Assembly (NCBI GenBank): GCA_013821455.1
Contig: JACDGS010000013.1
Span: forward strand, 16,904 to 80,903
Reading direction: 5' to 3'
Length of the DNA stretch: 64,000 nucleotides
Source: Chthoniobacterales bacterium
GTDB taxonomy: Bacteria; Verrucomicrobiota; Verrucomicrobiia; Chthoniobacterales; UBA10450
Positions 37,446 to 46,387 of this stretch are shown piece after piece. Positions within the stretch are counted from its first letter, which is position 1. The number at the start of each line of letters is the position of its first letter. Under the pieces are notes generated by a model, which searched no databases, was not told the origin of the DNA, and was given only the letters and a program-made list of their open reading frames with translations. The translations under genes were made by a program, and so were the position numbers.

Positions 37446-38417
37446 ATGTCCGACCTGCCCGCCGCAAGCATCGCCGACAGACCCGCGAAATCGGCGCGCA
37501 CGGCGGAAGGTTACGCGGCGGTTTTCGCCACGATTGCCATCTGGGCGACGCCGTCGCTCTTCCAATTTTATCTCAACCGTTACTACGACCCGTTCGCGCA
37601 GAATTTCTATCGCTACACCGTCGGTTGCCTCGCCATCCTTCCTTTCGCGATCTACCGCTTCCGCAAAAGTGGGCCGCGGCTCGACCTGCGCGTTCTCGGT
37701 GCCTGCCTGATCCCGGCGTTGCCTAACGTTGTCCACCAGATCACCCAGACGCTCTCTCTTTATTACATGGGGCCGGGCGTCTATGCGATTTTCACCCGCT
37801 CCAGTGTCATCATCACCGCGCTCCTCGCGCTTCTCTTTTTCCCGGAGGAACGCTGGGTCGTTAGGCAATGGCAATTCCAGGTGGGCACTTTCCTGGGATT
37901 GTTAGGCGCGGTCGGCGTGTTCTGGTTTCAGCCAGGATGGAATGCAGGACGAGTGCCGTTAGGCGGTTTGGCGATCGCATTCACCGCGACGTTTTGCTGG
38001 GCACTCTATGGCGTGCTCGTGAAACGCCCCTCGGCACGGCTCGGCACCATCCGCAGTTTTGGCGTCATCAGTTTCCTCACCTCCGCCATGCTGCTGCCAC
38101 TCACTCTTGCTTTTGGAAAAATCGCGACGCCGCTGCACGTCGGCGCACAGGTAAATGGCGTGCTCGCCATCTCCGCTGTCACCTGCATCAGCCTCGCGCA
38201 CGTTCTGTATTACATCGCCATTCGCGAGATCGGCGTCGCGCTTTCGCAGACACTGCAGTTGCTCAGTCCGGTGGGCGCGGTCTTGCTTTCGGCGTGGCTT
38301 TTTGGCGAACGGTTCTCGAGCGCGCAGATCTGGAGCGCGGCAATTTTGCTTTGCGGAGCGTTTCTCGCCACGCGCGTAAAACCTGCAGTAGCGCTGGAAA
38401 CGGCGGAAAATTTTTAG
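37446..38417 (+). CDS. EamA/DMT-family transporter
   Basis: 323 aa with ten TM helices in two EamA-like halves. Confidence 0.75.
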   Translation: MSDLPAASIADRPAKSARTAEGYAAVFATIAIWATPSLFQFYLNRYYDPFAQNFYRYTVGCLAILPFAIYRFRKSGPRLDLRVLGACLIPALPNVVHQITQTLSLYYMGPGVYAIFTRSSVIITALLALLFFPEERWVVRQWQFQVGTFLGLLGAVGVFWFQPGWNAGRVPLGGLAIAFTATFCWALYGVLVKRPSARLGTIRSFGVISFLTSAMLLPLTLAFGKIATPLHVGAQVNGVLAISAVTCISLAHVLYYIAIREIGVALSQTLQLLSPVGAVLLSAWLFGERFSSAQIWSAAILLCGAFLATRVKPAVALETAENF

Positions 38418-38443
38418 CGTAGAGGGGGTGCGGCGAACGCGCT

Positions 38444-38569
38444 GGGGAGCGCACGCGCCCTCGCGTGCTGGCGAAGGCGCCCCCGCCTTCGCGAACTTGA
38501 TTTTCAGGTAGGCGCGGGGAGTTTTCGGCGAGGCGCCGAAAACAGCACGCGAGGGCGCGTGCGCTCCCC
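38444..38569. repeat. nested-hairpin palindromic intergenic element (GGGGAG...CTCCCC family), copy 2
   Basis: ggggagcgcacgcgccctcgcgtgctg (38444..38470) and cagcacgcgagggcgcgtgcgctcccc (38543..38569) are perfect 27-nt reverse complements. Inner hairpins at 38471..38492 and 38522..38542. Sits between convergent genes. Confidence 0.85.
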
Positions 38570-38612
38570 GGAACTCGTGCGACCCTCCCAGGAATCCGTA
38601 CAGTCGCCCCTT

Positions 38613-40529
38613 CTACATCTGCCCTTTCAACTCTTTCGCTTTCTGTACGAGCTCAATAAAACCGGCACGATAACTATTTGCATCCGCGCCCTGGCCCGCG
38701 CGCGCCCATTCCGCGACTGCGCCTAACGAACCGTCGCCCTTAAATTCCGAGTCGCGCAGAATCATCCCGAACTCCGCGACGGCCGCGGCAAATTTCAGAT
38801 CTGGCGCGGCACTTGCGAAATCCGCGCCGGCGTCCGTGAAGGACCGCGCGAGCAGCTTGCTCGTATCGCCCTCCGGCTCCTTGTAACGCAATTTCACCGT
38901 CAACATCTCCGCTGACCCGTTCGTGCCTAACGACTCCGCCGCCGGCTGATATTTCAGCGCATCGACCCGCGGAACGCTCGCCGCCGGATTCGCGCCCACC
39001 GGCACCACTTCGTAGAGCGCGGTCACGGCGTGCCCCGCGCCGATTTCGCCGGCATCGATTTTATCGTTGTTAAAATCTTCCCTCTGCAAAACCCGTTTCT
39101 CGTAACCGATCAGCCGATAAGAAGCGACGCGCCCCGGATTGAACTCGACCTGGATTTTCACATCCTTCGCGATCGTCACGAGCGTGCTGCTAATTTGCCT
39201 AACGAGCACCTTCTCCGCCTCGCCTAACGAATCGAGATAGGCATAGTTGCCGTTCCCCTTGTCGGCCAGTTTCTGCATCATCGAATCGTTCAGGTTGTCG
39301 TCGCCGACTCCGAGGACGCTGAGAAAAACACCGCTCTTCGCCTTCTCCTGGATCAGCCTAACGAGTTCGCCGTCGCTCGTCGTCCCGACATTGAAATCGC
39401 CATCGGTCGCGAGGATCACGCGGTTGACGCCGCCTTTGATGAAATGCTCGACCGCGGTCTGGTAAGCGAGCGCGATGCCCTGCGCGCCGTTGGTCGAACC
39501 ATTGGCTTGCAAATTTTCCAACGCGCTGACGATTTGATCTTTGTGGTCGCCCGTCGTCGAAGGCAGGACCATCCCGGAAGAACCGGCGTAAACCACGATC
39601 GCGACCCGATCGTTCTCGCCCAGTTTTTCCACGAGCAACCGCAGCGCTCGCTTCACCAGCGGCAAGCGATTTTCCGGCTGCATCGAACCGGAGATATCGA
39701 GCAGAAAAACCAGATTGCTCGCCGGTCGCTTTTCGTTAGGCAACTCGCGGCCTTTCAAACCAATCCGCACCAGCCGATGCGCGGGCGCCCACGGGCAGGA
39801 GGCGGCGTCGAGGTTGATCGAGAACGGCGCATCATCGTTAGGCTGCGGGTAATCGTAGGTGAAATAGTTGAGCATCTCCTCGATCCGCACAGCGTCGTTA
39901 GGCGGGAGGGAGCCGTGCTCGAGAAATCGCCTAACGATGGCGTAGGAAGCGGTATCGACATCGATCGAGAAGGTCGAGAGCGGATTGGTCGTGGCAGCGA
40001 GGAAGGAATTGTCTTCGACGTGCGCGTAACGCGCGGCGTTGAATTCGACTTCTTGTTTGGCGGCGGGGGGAGGCACGCCGCCAAAATCAGTTCTCTCACC
40101 GTCTAGCAGAGCAAAGTTCACCACTCCGGCAACGGCATCGGACCCGTAGATCACGCGCTTCCTCAGATCGAATGCCGATTGACCAGTGGAGGGAACTTTG
40201 CTCCCGCTAAGCATCGTCTCCGCATCGGTGACTCCCAATTCCTCGTCTCGAAGGCGAATGCGAGGGGCCAAGGAAAATTCCTCCTTTTCAAACGGGGTCT
40301 CCACCGCTTCGACTTCCGCCGGCCCCTTCGCCAGGGATGGCCCCGTGCTATAACCTATCCCGCCGCCGCTTGATCGTCCCAATGGCGATGGCGCCGATAA
40401 GAGCAAAGAGCGCAAGCGCGGCGGCGAGAGCGAGGCGGCGCGAAACGCTCCAAGGTTCGTCACGTTGTGGAAGCGGCAGAATATTTGTGGGCAGCGCGGG
40501 CTGCTTCGCGCGTTCCGCTTCATATTCAT
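38613..40529 (-). CDS. von Willebrand factor A domain protein (YfbK-like); true 5' end unresolved
   Basis: MIDAS motif LVFLLDISGSM, plus ILATDGDFNVG and a C-terminal YfbK-like region. The first ~60 codons of the track ORF overlap the anti-sigma ORF 40348..40683 in another frame and contain no signal or TM. See finding on the frame split. Confidence 0.75.
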   Translation of the reverse strand: MNMKRNARSSPRCPQIFCRFHNVTNLGAFRAASLSPPRLRSLLLSAPSPLGRSSGGGIGYSTGPSLAKGPAEVEAVETPFEKEEFSLAPRIRLRDEELGVTDAETMLSGSKVPSTGQSAFDLRKRVIYGSDAVAGVVNFALLDGERTDFGGVPPPAAKQEVEFNAARYAHVEDNSFLAATTNPLSTFSIDVDTASYAIVRRFLEHGSLPPNDAVRIEEMLNYFTYDYPQPNDDAPFSINLDAASCPWAPAHRLVRIGLKGRELPNEKRPASNLVFLLDISGSMQPENRLPLVKRALRLLVEKLGENDRVAIVVYAGSSGMVLPSTTGDHKDQIVSALENLQANGSTNGAQGIALAYQTAVEHFIKGGVNRVILATDGDFNVGTTSDGELVRLIQEKAKSGVFLSVLGVGDDNLNDSMMQKLADKGNGNYAYLDSLGEAEKVLVRQISSTLVTIAKDVKIQVEFNPGRVASYRLIGYEKRVLQREDFNNDKIDAGEIGAGHAVTALYEVVPVGANPAASVPRVDALKYQPAAESLGTNGSAEMLTVKLRYKEPEGDTSKLLARSFTDAGADFASAAPDLKFAAAVAEFGMILRDSEFKGDGSLGAVAEWARAGQGADANSYRAGFIELVQKAKELKGQM

Positions 40530-40683
40530 CTTTCAATGCACAGGAAATCTCGTGCAGTTGCCTAACGAACTCTTGCGCCGCGGGCGAGGCGGCAACTGCC
40601 GTGGCCATTTTCGTTCTTTCGGCGCCGGCGAGTTCGTCGAGCGCGTAAGCCGTTAATTTGGGATCGTCGAGATTTGTATTCAT
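40348..40683 (-). CDS. anti-sigma factor N-terminal domain plus TM segment (probably the detached 5' part of the vWA gene)
   Basis: MNTNLDDPKLTAYALDELAGAE... is an N-terminus I recall from anti-sigma/vWA fusion proteins. TM segment LALAAALALFALIGAIAIG. ATGA overlap with the sigma gene stop. Confidence 0.6.
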   Translation of the reverse strand: MNTNLDDPKLTAYALDELAGAERTKMATAVAASPAAQEFVRQLHEISCALKDEYEAERAKQPALPTNILPLPQRDEPWSVSRRLALAAALALFALIGAIAIGTIKRRRDRL

Positions 40684-41246
40684 GAAGCAATGCGTGTTCG
40701 AAATGGAATGAAGTCGTCCGCCGAGCGCGCGTAGCGTTCGCGCAAAGTTTTCAGCGCGGTGTGGAGAAGAACGCCGACGTGGCTGACCGAGAGTTGCGTT
40801 ATCTCGCTGATCTCCTGGTAGCTGAGATCGTTTTGAAATTTTAACTGCACCACCTCCTGCTGCCGCGGCGGCAGGGTCGCGACGATGCGCAGGAGAAATC
40901 CGCTCGCCTCCGCGCGCTCGAGGCGTTCGTTAGGCAACGGCTCCGTGCCGGGTTGCCGGTCGAGAATTTCGTCATCCAGATAAGTCATGCGCTTTTCCTT
41001 GCGGCAAATGTTGAGGGCGCGATTGCGGCAGACGGTGAAGAGCCATTGCGCGGGCGCGTCATCGGTCTGCCGCCGGGATTGGCGCTGTAGTTCCACGAAC
41101 GTCTCCTGCACGACGTCGCGCGCCCGCTCGCGATCGCCCAGGATGCGCGCCGCATATTGCAGGAGCGGCAACTCGAAACGCTGGAGCAATCTGGCAAAGT
41201 CATCGTTAGGCAAGAGCGGCTGAGTCGCAGACATGAGCTTCTTCAA
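40680..41246 (-). CDS. ECF-type RNA polymerase sigma factor
   Basis: Region 2 RARDVVQETFVELQR...WLFTVCRNRALNICRK and region 4 LPPRQQEVVQLKFQNDLSYQEISEITQLSVSHVGVLLHTALKTLR. Confidence 0.85.
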   Translation of the reverse strand: MKKLMSATQPLLPNDDFARLLQRFELPLLQYAARILGDRERARDVVQETFVELQRQSRRQTDDAPAQWLFTVCRNRALNICRKEKRMTYLDDEILDRQPGTEPLPNERLERAEASGFLLRIVATLPPRQQEVVQLKFQNDLSYQEISEITQLSVSHVGVLLHTALKTLRERYARSADDFIPFRTRIAS

Positions 41247-41362
41247 GGTCTAACGCACAAGGAGCGGTATTCTTAAAAGAAATCTGCGCCGGTCCTCTTG
41301 CCCAGTTGCAAGCTCGACTTGTGAGCTAACCGCCGGGTAGGCTGGAAAAAGCTTTACCGGCT

Positions 41363-42457
41363 ATGAAAACATCGCTCCTGATTTTACTTCCTCTTTTCGC
41401 CACCTTTTCTGTCGCGGAGGCGGCCGGCGGGACTGATCTCAGCGCGCTCGTGACTCCGCGCGTCGAACACAGCGCTACCCTGTTAAGAGATGGCCGGGTG
41501 TTATTGGCCGGCGGATACAAAAGCGTGAATGGCGGCGGTTCGATCGCGACGGCAGACTGTGAAATTTACGATCCGGCAACGAACACGTGGACCGCAACGG
41601 GTTCGTTGAGCGAGGCGCGAATTCTCCCCGGGCAGCGTCTTGTTTCCCAATGGCAAAGTCCTTTGCGCCGGCGGAGCGACGACAACGACTTTTCCGCTCA
41701 CGACGACCGATATCTACGACCCGGCCACGGGAAGTTGGACTCCGACCACGCCGCTGAATGTGGCCCGTGCTGCACTTGAGCCCGTCGTGTTGCCTAACGG
41801 CAAGGTTCTCGTCGTGGCCGGCGACGCCTCCGGGACGACTTGCGAAATCTACGATCCTGCGACTGCGACCTGGACCTTGACCGGCAGCCTGCTCCATCCG
41901 CGCGCTGCCTTTCACACCGCACTCCTGAGCAACGGAAAGGTGCTGGTCGCCGGCGGTCTGGCCGGCCCAGGCGTCGTGCCGCAAGCGGAGGTTTATAACC
42001 CTGCGACCGGACCTGGAGTAACTCCGGAAAGTTAAACGTGCCGCGGTGGGCCTATAATGAGGTGACGCTGACCGATGGGCGAGTCTTAGTGGCCGGCGGG
42101 TTTCAAAACCGAGCGGTTAACACCGTGCAAACCCGCAGCGCAGAAATCTATGATCCAGCAACCGGACGATGGACCTTAACCGGATCGCTGCGCACGGAGC
42201 GCGTGGATTCTACGGCAAACCTTCTCCAGGATGGAGAGGTGTTTGCTGCCGGTGGCTTTAACAGCGATGGGGCGTCCTTGGATAGCATCGAGAAGTACAA
42301 TCCTGCGACCGGCCGCTGGCGTCTTCTCACGAATACGCTCTCGGAGCCGCGCTACGAACATACCGGCACGACTCTGCTCGATGGCAGCGTGCTCCTGGCC
42401 GGAGGCGTCAGCTTTGGCGACTACGTGCGCCAGTCGGAACGTTTTCTTCAGCCGTAG
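41363..42457 (+). pseudogene. secreted Kelch-repeat beta-propeller gene with two compensating frameshifts
   Basis: Three track ORFs (41363..41779, 41640..42035, 42038..42457) together read as one Kelch protein, with repeated EIYDPATG.W...G.L...R......L.NGKVLVAGG. The frame shifts +1 near the C4G3 run at 41625..41632 and returns near 42005..42015. Confidence 0.7.
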
Positions 42458-42496
42458 AAGACGCCGTTGAGAGCTAGCGGGCCCTAAGGGTGGAAC

Positions 42497-42545
42497 TCCT
42501 TTACTCGTTAGGCACTCAAACCGGCCTGGCCTAACGAGTAAAGGA
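42497..42545. repeat. inverted pair of the 17-mer TCCTTTACTCGTTAGGC (hairpin, 15-nt loop)
   Basis: tcctttactcgttaggc (42497..42513) and gcctaacgagtaaagga (42529..42545) are perfect reverse complements, 40 nt after the Kelch gene stop. Confidence 0.85.
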
Positions 42546-42634
42546 CCGGAGTGATGTTAAATCGTCAGCGACTGCATGCACGTTCTCGGCAATTTCCTTG
42601 ACATGCGGGCGGCCCATTTGAAAACCTGATTCCC

Positions 42635-43853
42635 ATGAATCGATCATCCCTTAGTCTCCACAAGTTTTGCCTGACTTTCTCTCTGTTGGTGATCTCTGCC
42701 CTGATGGGCGCGCAGGCCGCGACCTCTGGGTCGTCATCGCTCGAGGAAGCTATCTCAAGCACTCTCCGCCAGCGGGCGAAACTAACTCCGTCGGCGGGCT
42801 CGCTTTTTTTTTGGAGAAGCTGTCTCGCTCTCCGGTAATCGAGCGCTCGTCGGTGCGCAAGTTGGCAGCAACGGCGCGACGGGCTCGGCCTTCGTCTTTT
42901 TGAAGACGGGAGCAACCTGGAGTCTGGAGGCTGAACTGAAAGCTTCGGATGGCGTCGCAGGGGACTCTTTTGGGATTGCGGTTTCTCTCTCGGGGAGCCG
43001 CGCTCTGGTGGGAGCGGCGAGCAGTGGAAATTCAGGCGCGGCTTATGTGTATGTCTTCGACGGAACCGCTTGGAGACAAGAAGCCAAACTCACTCCCACG
43101 GGCGGCCAAAATCCCCAAAACTTCGGGGTGTCGGTTTCGCTGGCGGGCGGTCGCGCGCTCATGGGCTCGTCCGCCGATACTGCTGCGACCGGTTCGGCCT
43201 ACGTTTTTACCCTGCGCAACGGGAGTTGGCGGCAAACGGCAAGACTAACCGCACCCGGCGGGATCGGAGGCGACCAGTTCGGAGACTCAGTCTCGCTTTC
43301 CGGCCAACGCGCTCTCATCGGAGCGTCTGGCGTCGCTAACTGCATAGGTTCGGCCTACGTTTACATCCTCAATGGAAATAGCTGGACGCTGGAGGCGACG
43401 CTCACTGCGTTAGACGGTCTTCGGTTCGATGACTTCGGTTGGTCGGTCTCGCTCTCCGGAGATCGAGCTGTCGTTGGCGCGCCCTTTTCCGACAACGCAG
43501 CCACAAGCGACGGCGCCGCCTACGTCTTCGTCTTCGACGGCGCAAGCTGGACGCAGGAAGCTAAATTATTGGCCTCGGATCCAATGCTCTCTAATAACCT
43601 CGGTTACTCGGTCTCGCTCTCCGGCCTGAGCGCCGTCATCGGAGCTCCCGACTCCGCCACGGGTGCGGCCTATCTCTTTGCCTTTGATGGCACGACCTGG
43701 AGTCAGCAGCAAAAGCTGACCGCGACCGATGGCATGACAGGCGACAGGTTTGGCTACTCCGTCTTCCTCTTAGGCACGCGCGCGGCAATCGGAGCCCAGG
43801 AGGCCGAGATCAATCAAAGCCCGACCGGCGCGGCATACATTTTCAACCCTTAA
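42635..43853 (+). pseudogene. secreted FG-GAP-like repeat beta-propeller gene, frameshifted in a T9 tract
   Basis: Signal peptide ORF MNRSSLSLHKFCLTFSLLVISALMGAQA (from 42635) stops at 42838. After T9 (42804..42812) the next frame reads GEAVSLSGNRALVGA...GSAFVF and runs into ORF 42900..43853 (repeats DSFG.SVSLSG.RAL.GA...GAAYVF). T8 would give one continuous ORF. Confidence 0.65.
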
Positions 43854-43976
43854 GGCGGGCTCCCGTCCTCCTCGTCTCGCGAAGAAGTGCCAGGACCAGT
43901 CCTTTACTCGTTAGGTATTCTTCGGAACCACGGAACGGCCTTGACCTTCGGGGTCGATCTCGATCATAGTTGCCGT

Positions 43977-45077
43977 ATGAACAAGCACCTGCGGGCTTTA
44001 CTTTACGGCTTCCTGTTCTTGTCCGCGGCAGTGACGCGTCCAGTCCTCGCTGGCGGCGCCGGCACTCTGGTTTACCCGAGGGCGGACCATGCTGCGACGC
44101 TACTGAATAGCGGTCAGGTCCTGCTCTGCGGCGGCCACATTTTCCAGGATGGGATCGGAATTATCGCAACGAACAAAGCCGAGATTTATACTCCCGCTCG
44201 CAAAATGTGGCGAGCCACGACGGCGATGACAGCAGCGCGGATTGCTCCTGGGATTGTGGTGTTGCCCGACGGCCGCGTCTTGGTGGCAGGGGGAGGAGGC
44301 GAAACCACCACTAACACCGCGGAGATTTACGACCCAACTACGAGAAGGTGGACGATGACGGGAAGTATGAACGAAGAGCGCGACGCGCCGCTAATTCTTT
44401 TGCCGACGGGCAAGGTGCTCATCGCCGGTGGGAGTAGGGACGTAGTAACTTGTGAGCTGTATGACCCTGCTACCGGAACATGGAGTTTTACCGGAAGGTT
44501 ACAACACAAGCGCAGCTTCCGGGTGACGCTTCTGGCGAACGGACAAGTGCTAGCTTCCGGAGGAGTGGGAGGTCCACTGCAGAAGCCCATTCCGCAAAGC
44601 GAGGTCTATGATCCTGCTGCCGGCAACTGGAGTGATACCGGTCCAGACCAAATGCCGCGATACGGTCACCAGCAACTCCTCCTCATGGATGGACGAGTGC
44701 TGGTGGCAGGCGGGGAGATCGGTCATAGCGCAGACGCTATGGTCATTGGCAGCTCGGAGACTTATGACCCTGCGACCGGCCTCTGGAACATCGTTGGTTC
44801 GCTGGCCGTAGGAAGGGATAGCTTCAGCGCCAACTTACTCGGGAATGGCAAAGTCCTGGCTGCGGGAGGACTTGATAACTCCGATCAATCGGTGAGCAGC
44901 ACCGAAGAGTTCGATCCTTCCACCAACCAGTGGAGCACACCGCCCTTCGCACTCGCCGGTCCACGCTATAATCACACCGGCACGACATTGCTCGATGGGA
45001 GCGTGTTGATTGCGGGAGGTTATGGCTCGGGTTTCGGTATTTTCCCGGCCGAAGCTGAGGTATTTTCCGAGCCGTAG
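43977..45077 (+). CDS. secreted Kelch-repeat beta-propeller protein
   Basis: ATG 43977 (MNKHLRALLYGFLFLSAAV signal peptide). Six or seven repeats of EIYDP.T..W...G.M...R....LLP.GKVL.AGG. Confidence 0.8.
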   Translation: MNKHLRALLYGFLFLSAAVTRPVLAGGAGTLVYPRADHAATLLNSGQVLLCGGHIFQDGIGIIATNKAEIYTPARKMWRATTAMTAARIAPGIVVLPDGRVLVAGGGGETTTNTAEIYDPTTRRWTMTGSMNEERDAPLILLPTGKVLIAGGSRDVVTCELYDPATGTWSFTGRLQHKRSFRVTLLANGQVLASGGVGGPLQKPIPQSEVYDPAAGNWSDTGPDQMPRYGHQQLLLMDGRVLVAGGEIGHSADAMVIGSSETYDPATGLWNIVGSLAVGRDSFSANLLGNGKVLAAGGLDNSDQSVSSTEEFDPSTNQWSTPPFALAGPRYNHTGTTLLDGSVLIAGGYGSGFGIFPAEAEVFSEP

Positions 45078-45234
45078 CGAGCGGCGAGAGACGCGGGCCG
45101 ATTCTTCAGACGCTACGCATCCTTTACTCGTTAGGCCAACGGTTAGTAGAAAAGTATTGTTCGCGGCCGGAAAGCCCAAAATAGCCTTGCCCACACCAAG
45201 GATCGTCCTATAATTTTCGGCAGAAGGATTCCTT

Positions 45235-46362
45235 ATGAAAAAATCAAATCATCAACCCGCGAAGATCGGCTTCTTCGCGCTGTTTCTCTTCACTCTTTCT
45301 CTCGCGTCGGCGGTACAAGGCGCGTCAGGAACTTTTACCCCTACCGGGAGCTTGAATGACGGACGCTCCGGTCACACGGCCACTTACTTGCCGGATGGTC
45401 GCGTTCTGGTGGTCGGCGGTTTCGACGGCGGCATTCTTATCACGACAGCCGAGCTTTACGATCCGGCGACCGGCACCTGGAGCTTTACGGGAAGTCCGAT
45501 CCATCCGCGCGGCGGACACACCGCCACCCTTTTGCCTAACGGCCAGGTTTTAATTGCCGCCGGCAGCGGCAATGGCGTCAGACCCCTGAATAGTGCGGAG
45601 CTTTACGATCCCGTCAGCGGCACTTGGAGCGAGACCGGCAGCCTGCAAAGCCAGCGCGCCAATTTCACCGCCACGCTGCTGAACGATGGCCGGGTTCTCG
45701 TCGCCGGCGGCACGAGGGATTTCACCAACGGTCTCGCCTCTGCGGAAATTTACGACCCATCTAACGGGAAATGGACCGCCACTGGTAATCTCAACGTGGG
45801 TCGTTACACGCACATCGCGGCTCTGCTGCCCGATGGCACCGTCCTCGCGGCGGCCGGAGCGGGCGCGAGCCGGGCTCCTCTCGCGAGCGCCGAAATCTTC
45901 AATCCGGCAACGGGACTTTGGAGCGTAACCGGATCGCTCGCGAACGCGCGCTGGCTTTTGAGCGGCAGTTCGCTCAAGGATGGACGAGTGCTCGCGATCG
46001 GCGGCAACGGCCCGACCTTCACCTTGGCGAGCACGGAAATTTACGATCCTTCCAGCGGGACCTGGTCGAGCGCCGGCCGCCTCAGCCGCGGTCGCACGGT
46101 GCCTGCGCTTACGCTATTGCGGAATGGTTCGCTCCTGGCCAGCGGTGGAGGCAGCATTTATGGCAAAGCCCTCACGAACGTTGACCTCTTTAATCCGCGC
46201 ACCGGTCTTTGGAGCGCGCTCGAAAATCTGGCTGTGTCACGCAGCCAGCAAACCTCGACGCTTCTCGCCGACGGCAGTGTGCTCCTGGCGGGCGGCTATG
46301 GTGGTCAATTCAATAACACCCTCGACACGGCGGAGCTTTTCGAGATGACACGCAACCACTGA
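45235..46362 (+). CDS. secreted Kelch-repeat beta-propeller protein
   Basis: Signal peptide MKKSNHQPAKIGFFALFLFTLSLASA. Seven repeats of AELYDPA(S)TGTWS.TGSL...R..HTATLL.DGRVLV.GG. Confidence 0.85.
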   Translation: MKKSNHQPAKIGFFALFLFTLSLASAVQGASGTFTPTGSLNDGRSGHTATYLPDGRVLVVGGFDGGILITTAELYDPATGTWSFTGSPIHPRGGHTATLLPNGQVLIAAGSGNGVRPLNSAELYDPVSGTWSETGSLQSQRANFTATLLNDGRVLVAGGTRDFTNGLASAEIYDPSNGKWTATGNLNVGRYTHIAALLPDGTVLAAAGAGASRAPLASAEIFNPATGLWSVTGSLANARWLLSGSSLKDGRVLAIGGNGPTFTLASTEIYDPSSGTWSSAGRLSRGRTVPALTLLRNGSLLASGGGSIYGKALTNVDLFNPRTGLWSALENLAVSRSQQTSTLLADGSVLLAGGYGGQFNNTLDTAELFEMTRNH

Positions 46363-46387
46363 GTGGCGTGAGCGAGTCCTTTACTCG

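Noticed and set aside
38613-40529. Start codon at 40529 for the vWA protein
   Set aside because: It would overlap the anti-sigma ORF by ~180 nt in another frame and yields a non-hydrophobic, Ser/Pro/Arg-rich leader. I keep the ORF but do not trust this start (see the frame-split finding).
42565-42915. 116-aa minus-strand ORF
   Set aside because: Antisense to the 5' part of the FG-GAP gene (signal peptide and first repeat read on the plus strand).
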